In this document: piece after piece, positions 1 to 13,419 of the stretch
Layout of the letters: the number at the start of each line of letters is the position of its first letter
Numbering within the stretch: position 1 is the stretch's first letter
From: Nemertoderma westbladi
Lineage: Eukaryota; Animalia; Xenacoelomorpha
Assembly (NCBI GenBank): GCA_032718475.1
Contig: JAUCBJ010009046.1
Location: 1 to 64,000 of the forward strand
Reading direction: 5' to 3'
DNA length: 64,000 nucleotides
The notes under the pieces: model-generated
Databases searched by the model: none
Told to the model about the DNA's origin: nothing
The model's input: only the letters and a program-made list of their open reading frames with translations
Position numbers and translations under genes: made by a program

Positions 1-1734
1 GCGTAGTTGTGACCAGTTGTGTGGTATTTGTGAGTTTATAGGTGAATGTTACTGCTAAAGTGTGTTTACAGTAGCTAGTCGCAATCGTAAAAGTAACCTA
101 ATTCTCCAAGGAAAACCTGAAGTACATCTAAGCCTTTGGGACGGACAGTCGAGTGACTTGTGCCGGTTGTCGTTGTCGTTGTGCGGCTACGTCGTTGGCG
201 AAAGTACAGCGGCGACGACACATCGGCGCTGAGGATCTCGTACTGTCCGGGGGTTGATTGGGGTAGGCAGCGACGCCCGCTCGCCTAAATATAAACTCAT
301 TATAATATGGATAAACTCATATATAGCAGATATGACGGAGTTGATAGAAGATGGTCTTGGTATCGGGGAGCGATATACTCTACTTTTACAAGCGTTTGTT
401 GATAGCTTAATACGCGGCGACGTTAGTCCAACTGCTGCGGAGGACGATGGTCGTTATATCGAACCGCCAATGTCCCAAGAGCAGCTCGCGCGCGAGTTGG
501 ACTATAGAAAATTCGCTGCTCGATATACGCAGCGTAATGGTACGTATATGGTCTTCTTAACTACTGGTCATCCTATCGATTTACACAATACGGACTATGT
601 CGACTATATATCCTGCCCAGCGGAGTCGGAACCATAAACTGAAATTCGAATGCGAAAATTCTATTCGAAATCGACTCGAAAGAAAAGACACTAAAGAAAC
701 AAATAAACGCGGTAACTCCAACGTATATTTGGAATTCTTGATTGTAACAACAAATAAATATCACCCGCGTTTCCCCTACCAGACGTGCGTCTTTGGTATT
801 ATTACGGTAAATGCCCTAGACCCAGCCAACAAACGGAAAGACATAAACATCCATGGAAACGTTGTGTTAAACACAGTTGTGTTCGTTATATTTACTGGAG
901 TTTCGAGCGAAACTTGTTTGACGTATCACCTATGCTCACTCGGCTCTAACGATCCTAGAGTAAACCTACGATCAGAGTCCCGAAATACTCGGTCAAACCT
1001 CCTCATTCCCTAGTTGGACCTCAGACCTGCGATCCTGGTGGTGTCGCGGATCCTCGCGGACGGTATTCACTGTTCAAGATCTAGTGCTACCCTAACAATT
1101 AATCGGTAACACTCCGACAGTGATTTCTAGCTAGCCGCCCATCTTACCTAGCCGGATTATGACGCAGACACCTAATATCACTATCCAACCGTATGGTCGT
1201 CCCTGTTTAACGCGATACAACCCCTCATCAAGGTGAAGGAGAGCGTTGTACGAAACGAGTTAAACGCTATTCTACAAAGATCAAAAAAGAAACCTGCGTT
1301 TGTTCAGATAAACGTAAGTTATAACAGTAAGTCCAATCGATAAACGAATTGGCCTTATCTCAATTCGATTGGGAAATCCAGAATCTCTAAGAAGTTATCG
1401 AACTTGGACGATCCTATTCTCTGCGAGAGTTTTTGGATGAACGTATCCAGCTACGAGCGGAGGAAAATCAGCTCGAGGAGAAGCATATCGAAACAGCAGA
1501 TACCTCGACCATAAACCTAAACCTTCTGATGCAATCATATTGCACCCTTCACCCAGGCGTTATGGCCCTCCTAGTAAAGTGGCTCCCCCCAAAGAGAAAA
1601 GGACTCTTGCTAGCCTTAAGAAACTGCGTAAACGCCGTCCGCGCAAGAAAGACTAACTGTTTAGAGTATTTTTATATTTTAGAAACTGTGATTTTGTATA
1701 TTTTATAGACTTAAATCCCATTTTCTGGGAGCGG

Positions 1735-2420
1735 TGTAAAAGCTTTTGTGGGATAACTGATTCGTTTGCCTTGTTGGCCAGTTCCCCCCCAGTCGCTAAG
1801 AATACTCTCAAAGTGATCTATAACTAAAAATAGTGCAAGTTACCAGCTTATTGGCTGATTTGCTGTACGCAGGCATCTGGGCTCTGTTTAATCGGCCAAC
1901 AAGCCTAGGGAGGTTGCGTCATAGCCTTGTTTTGTATCTCCCAATAGAATTTGAGTTAGCCTTGATTTTGACCTATCACAGAGTACTGAACTGAAAATTT
2001 CCTATCTCACTGCTCTTTCTCTGTGTTGAACGGGAGCTTCGTGGAATAAGGGAGTTGGTATCCTCGTATAGAGCAGTAGTCACGAGTTTTTCAAAGCCAC
2101 GAAAGAACGGCTTTTTAGTGTTTTGTGCTTTCTGCTTTTTAGCTCAACACTAGCAGGTTTAATTATAAGGACATATATCCTTTAACTGATGACTGATCTG
2201 ATCACTGTAAATATCACTCTGCAATTTCGTAATCACTGCATACTGCAGTACTGCATACACTGCATACTGTGTAACACTGTGCATACTTTTATATTGTTAT
2301 ACTGCTATTTACTGTCAGTTCTTCATAATATGGTTGATGAATTATTATATTTGGAATAACGAGAAAGAACCCCGAAACCCAATATTCTTGATATACCGAA
2401 GGTAAGAGAGAAAGGTTACA
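1735..2420 (+). mobile_element. Possible 3' LTR of a degenerate LTR retrotransposon
   Basis: TGTAA...TTACA inverted termini, preceded directly by purine-rich gggagcgg (PPT-like). Upstream 1-1734 is CpG-rich with broken ORFs, unlike the host background. No recognisable gag/pol motif, so weak. Confidence 0.3.
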
Positions 2421-3077
2421 GATAAACGATTGTGACTTATGTTAAAGTGGTTTGAAGTGAATCTAATGTTATTTGATAGACCCTACATGAGTCAGTCTGT
2501 GTTCCTTTTATATGTGACTAAAATCAGTGAAGATTGGCAGATTAGTGTGCAGTATTGTGCAGCATTGTGTATGAGTGAGTCTGTTAAAGAAGCAATTCCT
2601 AAAGAATGCGCCATATATGTGAATTATAATTAAGCCATATCGTTGTGAGTAGTTTAAGTCATAACTCTGTTTATATAGATAAAGCGCCACGTCCTAAAGG
2701 AACTGTTAATATTCCCGAAGGTGAATAATATTGTCAGAGATTATATAATACTGTCAGTCGAATAATACATTAGGCTTACATAGCAATAAAATTAAACCGT
2801 CGAACCCAATCTCCCGGGAATATCCAGCGGGTGAATGGTCGCGCACGGATTGGTTTCGACTAGTGTAGTGAATCAAATACTTGTCATAGGCTAAAAAGCG
2901 ATTTAATATCTAGAAGACATCTTAATTTGGCGGGTTAAACTGCCAAAGGTCTGAAAGCGCGAACAAGTATGCACCTGGAATAAGTGGAGGTTTGATGTAA
3001 AAAGTTGTAATAATTATATACAAAAATAAATTCATGCGATATAAATAACATTATAGAACACTAATTACTAATTACCA

Positions 3078-3222
3078 ATTATAATGATAATTATAATAAT
3101 TATATAATTATAATTATAATATAATATATAATATATAATTATAATATAATATATAATTATAATATAATATATAATTATAATATAATATAATATAATATGT
3201 AATTATATAATTATTATAATTA
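3078..3222. repeat. AT-rich low-complexity tract
   Basis: Imperfect (tataa/tataat)n. Confidence 0.85.
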
Positions 3223-3390
3223 ATTAGCGCGTATAAAATAAAAATTGCAAAGTTAAAATACATTTTAATTAAACATTGAATGATTAAGCTAAATATTCCA
3301 TAACGCACAAATCGTAACGTATGCTATTGTAATATAAGCTATAAGTATTACTGCACCGTTATCATACTCTCTCATATAAATATTATAAAA

Positions 3391-6300
3391 AGCGAACGTT
3401 CACTCCCAGTTCTTAGTTCTTATTCCCAATACTAAGACGTTCACTCCCAGTTCTTAGTTCTTATTCCCAATACTAAGAGCGAACGTTCACTCCCAGTTCT
3501 TAGTTCTTATTTCCAATACTAAGAGCGAACGTTCACTCCCAGTTCTTAGTTCTTATTCCCAATACTAAGACCTTCACTCCCAGTTCTTAGTTCTTATTCC
3601 CAATAGTAAGACGTTCACTCCCAGTTCTTAGTTCTTATTCCCAATACTAAAACGTTCACTCCCAGTTCTTAGTTCTTATTCCCAATACTAAGACGTTCAT
3701 TCCCAGTTCTTAGTTCTTATTCCCAATACTAAGAGCGAACGTTCACTCCCAGTTCTTAGTTCTTATTTCCAATACTAAGAGCGAACGTTCACTCCCAGTT
3801 CTTAGTTCTTATTCCCAATACTAAGACCTTCACTCCCAGTTCTTAGTTCTTATTCCCAATAATAAGAGCGAACGTTCACTCCCAGTTCTTAGTTCTTATT
3901 CCCAATACTAAGATGTTCACTCCCAGTTCTTAGTTCTTATTCCCAATACTAAGAGCGAACGTTCACTCCAAGTTCTTAGTTCTTATTCCCAATACTAAGA
4001 GCGAACGTTCACTCCCAGTTCTTAGTTCTTATTCCCAATACTAAGACCTTCACTCCCAGTTCTTAGTTCTTATTCCCAATAATAAGAGCGAACGTTCACT
4101 CCCAGTTCTTAGTTCTTATTCCCAATACTAAGACGTTCACTCCCAGTTCTTAGTTCTTATTCCCAATACTAAAACGTTCACTCCCAGTTCTTAGTTCTTA
4201 TTCCCAATACTAAGACGTTCATTCCCAGTTCTTAGTTCTTATTCCCAATACTAAGAGCGAACGTTCACTCCCAGTTCTTAGTTCTTATTCCCAATACTAA
4301 GAGCGAACGTTCACTCTCAGTTCTTAGTTCTTATTCCCAATACTAAGACGTTCATTCCCAGTTCTTAGTTCTTATTCCCAATACTAAGACGTTCATTCCC
4401 AGTTCTTAGTTCTTATTCCCAATACTAAGAGCGAACGTTCACTCCCAGTTCTTAGTTCTTATTTCCAATACTAAGAGCGAACGTTCACTCCCAGTTCTTA
4501 GTTCTTATTCCCAATACTAAGACCTTCACTCCCAGTTCTTAGTTCTTATTCCCAATAATAAGAGCGAACGTTCACTCCCAGTTCTTAGTTCTTATTCCCA
4601 ATACTAAGATGTTCACTCCCAGTTCTTAGTTCTTATTCCCAATACTAAGAGCGAACGTTCACTCCAAGTTCTTAGTTCTTATTCCCAATACTAAGAGCGA
4701 ACGTTCACTCCCAGTTCTTAGTTCTTATTCCCAATACTAAGACCTTCACTCCCAGTTCTTAGTTCTTATTCCCAATAATAAGAGCGAACGTTCACTCTCA
4801 GTTCTTAGTTCTTATTCCCAATACTAAGACGTTCACTCCCAGTTCTTAGTTCTTATTCCCAATACTAAAACGTTCACTCCCAGTTCTTAGTTCTTATTCC
4901 CAATACTAAGACCTTCACTCCCAGTTCTTAGTTCTTATTCCCAATACTAAGAGCGAACGTTCACTCCCAGTTCTTAGTTCTTATTCCCAATACTAAGACG
5001 TTCACTCCCAGTTCTTAGTTCTTATTCCCAATACTAAAACGTTCACTCCCAGTTCTTAGTTCTTATTCCCAATACTAAGACGTTCATTCCCAGTTCTTAG
5101 TTCTTATTCCCAATACTAAGAGCGAACGTTCACTCCCAGTTCTTAGTTCTTATTCCCAATACTAAGAGCGAACGTTCACTCCCAGTTCTTAGTTCTTATT
5201 CCCAATACTAAGACGTTCACTCCCAGTTCTTAGTTCTTATTCCCAATACTAAAACGTTCACTCCCAGTTCTTAGTTCTTATTCCCAATACTAAGACGTTC
5301 ATTCCCAGTTCTTAGTTCTTATTCCCAATAATAAGAGCGAACGTTCACTCCCAGTTCTTAGTTCTTATTCCCAATACTAAGAGCGAACGTTCACTCCAAG
5401 TTCTTAGTTCTTATTCCCAATACTAAGAGCGAACTTTCACTCCCAGTTCTTAGTTCTTATTCCCAATACTAAGACCTTCACTCCCAGTTCTTAGTTCTTA
5501 TTCCCAATAATAAGAGCGAACGTTCACTCCCAGTTCTTAGTTCTTATTCCCAATACTAAGACGTTCACTCCCAGTTCTTAGTTCTTATTCCCAATACTAA
5601 GAGCGAACGTTCACTCCAAGTTCTTAGTTATTATTCCCAATACTAAGACGTTCACTCCCAGTTCTTAGTTCTTATTCCCAATACTAAGAGCGAACGTTCA
5701 CTCCCAGTTCTTAGTTCTTATTCCCAATACTAAGACGTTCACTCCCAGTTCTTAGTTCTTATTCCCAATACGAAGAGCGAACGTTCACTCCCAGTTCTTA
5801 GTTCTTATTCCCAATACTAAGACGTTCACTCCCAGTTCTTAGTTCTTATTCCCAATACGAATATGCGAACGTTCACTCCCAGTTCTTAGTTCTTATTCCC
5901 AATACTAAGACGTTCATTCTCAGTTCTTAGTTCTTATTCCCAATACTAAGACGTTCACTCCCAGTTCTTAGTTCTTATTCCCAATACTAAGAGCGAACGT
6001 TCACTCCCAGTTCTTAGTTCTTATTCCCAATACTAAGAGCGAACGTTCACTCCCAGTTCTTAGTTCTTATTCCCAATACTAAGACGTTCATTCTCAGTTC
6101 TTAGTTCTTATTCCCAATACTAAGACGTTCACTCCCAGTTCTGAGTTCTTATTCACAATACTAAGAGCGAACGTTCACTCCCAGTTCTTAGTTCTTATTC
6201 CCAATACTAAGACGTTCATTCTCAGTTCTTAGTTCTTATTCCCAATACTAAGACGTTCATTCTCAGTTCTTAGTTCTTATTCCCAATACTAAGACGTTCA

Positions 6301-8707
6301 CTCCCAGTTCTGAGTTCTTATTCACAATACTAAGAGCGAACGTTCACTCCCAGTTCTTAGTTCTTATTCCCAATACTAAGACGTTCATTCTCAGTTCTTA
6401 GTTCTTATTCCCAATACTAAGACGTTCACTCCCAGTTCTGAGTTCTTATTCCCAATACTAAGAGCGAACGTTCACTCCCAGTTCTTAGTTCTTATTCCCA
6501 ATAACTAAGACGTTCACTCCCAGTTCTTAGTTCTTATTCCCAATACTAAGACGTTCACTCTCAGTTCTTAGTTCTTATTCCCAATACTAAGACGTTCACT
6601 CCCAGTTCTTAGTTCTTATTCCCAATACTAAGAGCGAACGTTCACTCCCAGTTCTTAGTTCTTATTCCCAATACTAAGAGCGAACGTTTACTCCCAGTTC
6701 TTAGTTCTTATTCCCAATACTAAGACGTTCACTCCCAGTTCTTAGTTCTTATTCCCAATACGAAGAGCGAACGTTCACTCCCAGTTCTTAGTTCTTATTC
6801 CCAATACTAAGAGCGAACGTTCACTCTCAGTTCTTAGTTCTTATTCCCAATACTAAGACGTTCACTCCCAGTTCTTAGTTCTTATTCCCAATAATAAGAG
6901 CGAACGTTCACTCCCAGTTCTTAGTTCTTATTCCCAATACTAAGACGTTCACTCCCAGTTCTTAATTCTTATTCCCAATACGAAAAGCGAACGTTCACTC
7001 CCAGTTCTTAGTTCTTATTCCCAATACTAAGAGCGAACGTTCACTCTCAGTTCTTAGTTCTTATTCTCAATACTAAGACGTTCATTCCCAGTTCTTAGTT
7101 CTTATTCCCAATACTAAGACGTTCATTCCCAGTTCTTAGTTCTTATTCCCAATACTAAGAGCGAACGTTCACTCCCAGTTCTTAGTTCTTATTCCCAATA
7201 CTAAGAGCGAACGTTCACTCCCAGTTCTTAGTTCTTATTCCCAATACTAAGACCTTCATTCCCAGTTCTTAGTTCTTATTCCCAATAATAAGAGCGAACG
7301 TTCACTCCCAGTTCTTAGTTCTTATTCCCAATACTAAGACGTTCACTCCCAGTTCTTAGTTCTTATTCCCAATACTAAGAGCGAACGTTCACTCCAAGTT
7401 CTTAGTTCTTATTCCCAATACTAAGAGCGAACGTTCACGTCCAGTTCTTAGTTCTTATTCCCAATACTAAGACCTTCACTCCCAGTTCTTAGTTCTTATT
7501 CCCAATACTAAGACGTTCACTCCCAGTTCTTAGTTCTTATTCCCAATACTAAGACGTTCACTCCCAGTTCTTAGTTCTTATTCCCAATAATAAGAGCGAA
7601 CGTTCACTCCCAGTTCTTAGTTCTTATTCCCAATACTAAGACGTTCACTCCCAGTTCTTAGTTCTTATTCCCAATACTAAAACGTTCACTCCCAGTTCTT
7701 AGTTCTTATTCCCAATACTAAGACGTTCATTCCCAGTTCTTAGTTCTTATTCCCAATACTAAGAGCGAACGTTCACTCCCAGTTCTTAGTTCTTATTCCC
7801 AATACTAAGAGCGAACGTTCACTCCCAGTTCTTAGTTCTTATTCCCAATACTAAGACGTTCACTCCCAGTTCTTAGTTCTTATTCCCAATACTAAGAGCG
7901 AACGTTCACTCCCAGTTCTTAGTTCTTATTCCCAATACTAAGACGTTCACTCCCAGTTCTTAATTCTTATTCCCAATACGAAAAGCGAACGTTCACTCCC
8001 AGTTCTTAGTTCTTATTCCCAATACTAAGAGCGAACGTTCACTCTCAGTTCTTAGTTCTTATTCCCAATACTAAGACGTTCATTCTCAGTTCTTAGTTCT
8101 TATTCCCAATACTAAGACGTTCACTCCCAGTTCTTAGTTCTTATTCCCAATACTAAGAGCGAACGTTCACTCTCAGTTCTTAGTTCTTATTCCCAATACT
8201 AAGACGTTCATTCTCAGTTCTTAGTTCTTATTCCCAATACTAAGACGTTCATTCCCAGTTCTTAGTTCTTATTCCCAATACTAAGAGCGAACGTTCACTC
8301 CCAGTTCTTAGTTCTTATTCCCAATACTAAGACGTTCACTCTCAGTTCTTAGTTCTTATTCCCAATACTAAGACCTTCACTCCCAGTTCTTAGTTCTTAT
8401 TCCCAATACTAAGACGTTCACTCCCAGTTCTTAGTTCTTATTCCCAATACTAAGACGTTCACTCCCAGTTCTTAGTTCTTATTCCCAATACTAAGACGTT
8501 CACTTCCAGTTCTTAGTTCTTATTCCCAATACTAAGACGTTCACTCCCAGTTCTTAGTTCTTATTCCCAATACTAAGCCGTTCACTCCCAGTTCTTAGTT
8601 CTTATTCCCAATACTAAGACGTTCACTCCCAGTTCTTAGTTCTTATTCCCAATACTAAGAGCGAACTTTCACTCTCAGTTCTTAGTTCTTATTCCCAATA
8701 CTAAGAC
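3391..8707. repeat. 41/46-bp minisatellite (~120 copies)
   Basis: Unit cgttcactcccagttcttagttcttattcccaatactaaga, with or without a 5-bp gcgaa insert. Confidence 0.98.
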
Positions 8708-8945
8708 TCATATCTTAGTTCAAGTGTCGGACCATTCATCATCATTTAGAAAAAATCACTTATAAAGTGATTTTTGGGGCAGTATAATTAACAAATATAT
8801 GTGTCCGCTCAGGATACCTAGTTGTAGCGATTGTACATATTTTATAAATTCGTGGATGAACGTTAACAAGTTGGGTAAGCCCAATAAAGTTTAGGGAAAC
8901 GAACACAACAAATTCATAAAAAACAAAATAATGATGGAAATGCAT

Positions 8946-11267
8946 GTCCCATGCAGCTCGACTACTGCATTAGTCCCATGCAACTCGACTACTGCATTAG
9001 TCCCATGCAGCTCGACTACTGCATTAGTCCCATGCAACTCTTCTACTGCATTAGTCCCATGCAGCTCGACTACTGCATTAGTCCCATACAGCTCGACTAC
9101 TGCATTAATCCCATGCAGCTCTTCTACTGCATTAGTCCCATGCAGCTCGACTACTGCATTAGTCTCATGCAGCTCTTCTACTGCATTAGTCCCATGCAGC
9201 TCTTCTACTGCATTAGTCCCATGTAGCTCGACTACTGCATTAGTCCATGCAGCTCTTCTACTGCATTAGTCCCATGTAGCTCGACTACTGCATTAGTCTC
9301 ATGCAGCTCTTCTACTGCATTAGTCCCATGCTGCTCTTCTACTGCATTAGTCCAATGTAGCTCGACTACTGCATTAGTCCATGCAGCTCTTCTACTGCAT
9401 TAGTCCCATGTAGCTCGACTACTGCATTAGTCTCATGAAGCTCTTCTACTGCATTAGTCCCATGCAGCTCTTCTACTGCATTAGTCCCATGTAGCTCGAC
9501 TACTGCATTAGTCCCATGCAGCTCGACTACTGCATTAGTCCCATGCAGCTCGATTACTGCATTAGTCTCATGCAGCTCGACTACTGCATTAGTCCCATGC
9601 AGCTCAACTACTGCATTAGTCCCATGCAGCTCGATTACTGCATTAGTCTCATGCAGCTCGACTACTGCATTAGTCCCATGCAGCTCGACTACTGCATTAG
9701 TCCCATGCAGCTCGACTACTGCATTAGTCCCATGCAGCTCGGCTACTGCATTAGTCCCATGCAGCTCGACTACTGCATTAGTCCCATGCAGCTCGACTAC
9801 TGCATTAGTCCCATGCAGCTCGACTACTGCATTATTCCCATGCAGCTCGACCACTGCATTAGTCTCATGCAGCTCGACTACTGCATTAGTCCCATGCAGC
9901 TCGACTACTGCATTAGTCCTATGCAGCTCGACTACTGCATTAGTCCCATGCAGCTCGACTACTGCATTAGTCCCATGCAGCTCGACTACTGCATTAGTCC
10001 CATGCAGCTCGACTACTGCATTAGTCCCATGCAGCTCGACTACTGCATTAGTCCCATGCAGCTCGACTACTGCATTAGTCCCATGCAGCTCGACTACTGC
10101 ATTAGTCCCATGCAGCTCGACTACTGCATTAGTCCCATGCAGCTCGACTACTGCATTAGTCCCATGCAGCTCGACTACTGCATTAGTCCCATGCAGCTCG
10201 ACTACTGCATTAGTCCCATGCAGCTCGACTACTGCATTAGTCCCATGCAGCTCGACTACTGCATTATTCCCATGCAGCTCGACCACTGCATTAGTCTCAT
10301 GCAGCTCGACTACTGCATTAGTCCCATGCAGCTCGACTACTGCATTAGTCATATGCAGCTCGACTACTGCATTAGTCCCATGCAGCTCGACTACTGCATT
10401 ATTCCCATGCAGCTCGACCACTGCATTAGTCTCATGCAGCTCGACTACTGCATTAGTCCCATGCAGCTCGACTACTGCATTAGTCCTATGCAGCTCGACT
10501 ACTGCATTAGTCCCATGCAGCTCGACTACTGCATTAGTCCCATGCAGCTCGACTACTGCATTAGTCCCATGCAGCTCGAATACTGCATTAGTCCCATGCA
10601 GCTCGATTACTGCATTAGTCTCATGCAGCTCGACTACTGCATTAGTCCCATGCAGCTCGACTACTGCATTAGTCCCATGCAGCTCGACTACTGCATTAGT
10701 CCCATGCAGCTCGATTACTGCATTAGTCTCATGCAGCTCGACTACTGCATTAGTCCCATGCAGCTCAACTACTGCATTAGTCCCATGCAGCTCGACTACT
10801 GCATTAGTCCCATGCAGCTCGACTACTGCATTAGTCCCATGCAGCTCGACTACTGCATTAGTCCCATGCAGCTCGACTACTGCATTAGTCCCATGCAACT
10901 CGATTACTGCATTAGTCTCATGCAGCTCGACTACTGCATTAGTCCCATGCAGCTCGACTACTGCATTAGTCCCATGCAGCTCGACTACTGCATTAGTCCC
11001 ATGCAGCTCGACTACTGCATTAGTCCCATGCAGCTCGACTACTGCATTATTCCCATGCAGCTCGACCACTGCATTAGTCTCATGCAGCTCGACTACTGCA
11101 TTAGTCCCATGCAGCTCGACTACTGCATTAGTCCTATGCAGCTCGACTACTGCATTAGTCCCATGCAGCTCGACTACTGCATTAGTCCCATGCAGCTCGA
11201 CTACTGCATTAGTCCCATGCAGCTCGACTACTGCATTAGTCCCATGCAACTCGACTACTGCATTAGT
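8946..11267. repeat. 27-bp minisatellite (~86 copies)
   Basis: Unit cccatgcagctcgactactgcattagt. The variant ctcttctac is confined to the left end; the array abuts the 46-bp array. Confidence 0.98.
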
Positions 11268-11275
11268 GTACTGCG

Positions 11276-12655
11276 TAGTATATATCTTACTATAGGATGC
11301 ATACATTATAATTTGGTATGATAGTAGTGTATATCTTACTATAGGATGCATACACTATAATTTGGTATGATAGTGTATATCTTACTATATGATGCATACA
11401 CTATAATTTGGTATGATAGTGTATATCTTACTATATGATGCATACACTATAATTTGGTATGATAGTGTATACCTTACTATAGGATGCATACACTATAATT
11501 TGGTATGATGGTGTATATCTTACTATAGGATGCATACACTATAATTTGGTATGATAGTGTATATCTTACTATAGGATGCATACATTATAATTTGGTATGA
11601 TAGTAGTGTATATCTTACTATAGGATGCATACACTATAATTTGGTATTATAGTGTATATCTTACTATAGGATGCATACACTATAATTTGGTATTATAGTT
11701 TATATCTTACTATAGGATGCATACATTATAATTTGGTATGATAGTGTATACCTTACTATAGGATGCATACACTATAATTTGGTATGATAGTGTATATCTT
11801 ACTATAGGATGCATACACTATAATTTGGTATGATGGTGTATATCTTACTATAGGATGCATACACTATAATTTGGTATGATAGTGTATATCTTACTAAAGG
11901 ATGCATACATTATAATTTGGTATTATAGTTTATATCTTACTATAGGATGCATACACTATAATTTGGTATTATAGTGTATATCTTACTATAGGATGCATAC
12001 ACTATAATTTGGTATTATAGTTTATATCTTACTATAGGATGCATACACTATAATTTGGAATGATAGTGTATATCTTACTATAGGATGCATACACTATAAT
12101 TTGGTATGATAGTGTATATCTTACTATAGGATGCATACATTATAATTTGGTATGATAGTGTATACCTTACTATAGGATGCATACACTATAATTTGGTATG
12201 ATAGTGTATATCTTACTATAGGATGCATACACTATAATTTGGTATGATGGTGTATATCTTACTATAGGATGCATACACTATAATTTGGTATGATAGTGTA
12301 TATCTTACTATAGGATGCATACACTATAATTTGGTATGATAGTGTATATCTTACTATAGGATGCAAGTAGTGTATATCTTACTAAAGGATGCCTACACTA
12401 TAATTTGGTATGATAGTAGTGTATATCTTACTATATGGATGCCTACACTATAATTTGGTATGATAGTGTATATCTTACTATAGGATGCATACATTATAAT
12501 TTGGTATGATAGTAGTGTATATCTTACTATATGGATGCATACACTATAATTTGGTATTATAGTGTATATCTTACTATAGGATGCATACATTATAATTTGG
12601 TATGATAGTAGTGTATATCTTACTATATGGATGCATACACTATAATTTGGTATGA
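11276..12655. repeat. 46-bp minisatellite (~30 copies), about 180 bp downstream of the nAChR stop codon
   Basis: Unit tagtgtatatcttactataggatgcatacactataatttggtatga, with some +3 (tag) variants. Confidence 0.97.
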
Positions 12656-12832
12656 ACTCTTACTGTAAGATGAAAATCTTACTGTAATCCTATCTGTAAT
12701 GTGTCTTTTGTCTAACAATAGTTATGTATTTCATCAGGAGTAATTATTCCATCACACAAATCAAAAAGTATCAGATATCTGACGGTTTTAACATTTTTTG
12801 AAATTAAATTAATAGTCTGAAATCATCAAGTT

Positions 12833-13214
12833 TCAGTCAAATTCGATAAATAGATCCGGGTTTATGAAGAGACTAGCAGTGACGAATATAATAGACAATC
12901 CTACCGCCAAGAACAGAAATATCCACATAAATACTCGGTCGACGATTAGAGCTGCTAGCTGCCATTCCTCGCTGACCTCTTCCTTGTAACTATAAAGGGC
13001 TACACGCTCAACTATCTCATCCAACCGTTTCTCTATCCGAGCCAACGCTGGGTTGTGGTATGCACGCTTATCCTGTTCATCTTCCTGTAGGTAATTGGTT
13101 GGTGACGTCACAACGTTAGATTTAATATGGTTGGTATTTTGGTCACCGTAATTGGTTGCAGAACTATCATTCATTATTGGATTGTCATACCCATTTGTAT
13201 CTGGTTTCGATGAA
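12833..13214 (-). CDS. nAChR alpha-type subunit, terminal coding exon (MA helix, M4, stop)
   Basis: tctttctttgcag | (R)SSKPDTNGYDNPIMNDSS...EEWQLAALIVDRVFMWIF...IEFD*. The EWxxAAxxxDRxF motif of M4; phase 2 matches the previous exon (cg+t = Arg). Confidence 0.94.
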
Positions 13215-13419
13215 CTGCAAAGAAAGATGTTATATTTTTAAATGGAACTTAATGGAAACTTTTAAATGGTTTAAATATTCCAGCTGTATTTTTTCATAAT
13301 GGTGAACATTATTATACTTTATAGTATATTGTAACTACCATGATCCATATCTATACACCCAACATTTCTAATATATACTACAGTACTGTTCCATATAAAA
13401 TTCCAGGTTACACACACCT

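Noticed and set aside
3391-8707. CRISPR-like array (palindromic ~40-bp repeats)
   Set aside because: There are no unique spacers and no cas genes, and the context is a spliced eukaryotic gene. The same applies to all other arrays.
8931-11351. 661-aa (TNAVVELHG)n, 601-aa (MQLDYCISP)n and related ORFs as repeat proteins
   Set aside because: They arise from a 27-bp unit (a multiple of 3) that is open on both strands. There is no unique domain, and 1-bp indels break the frames at the left end.
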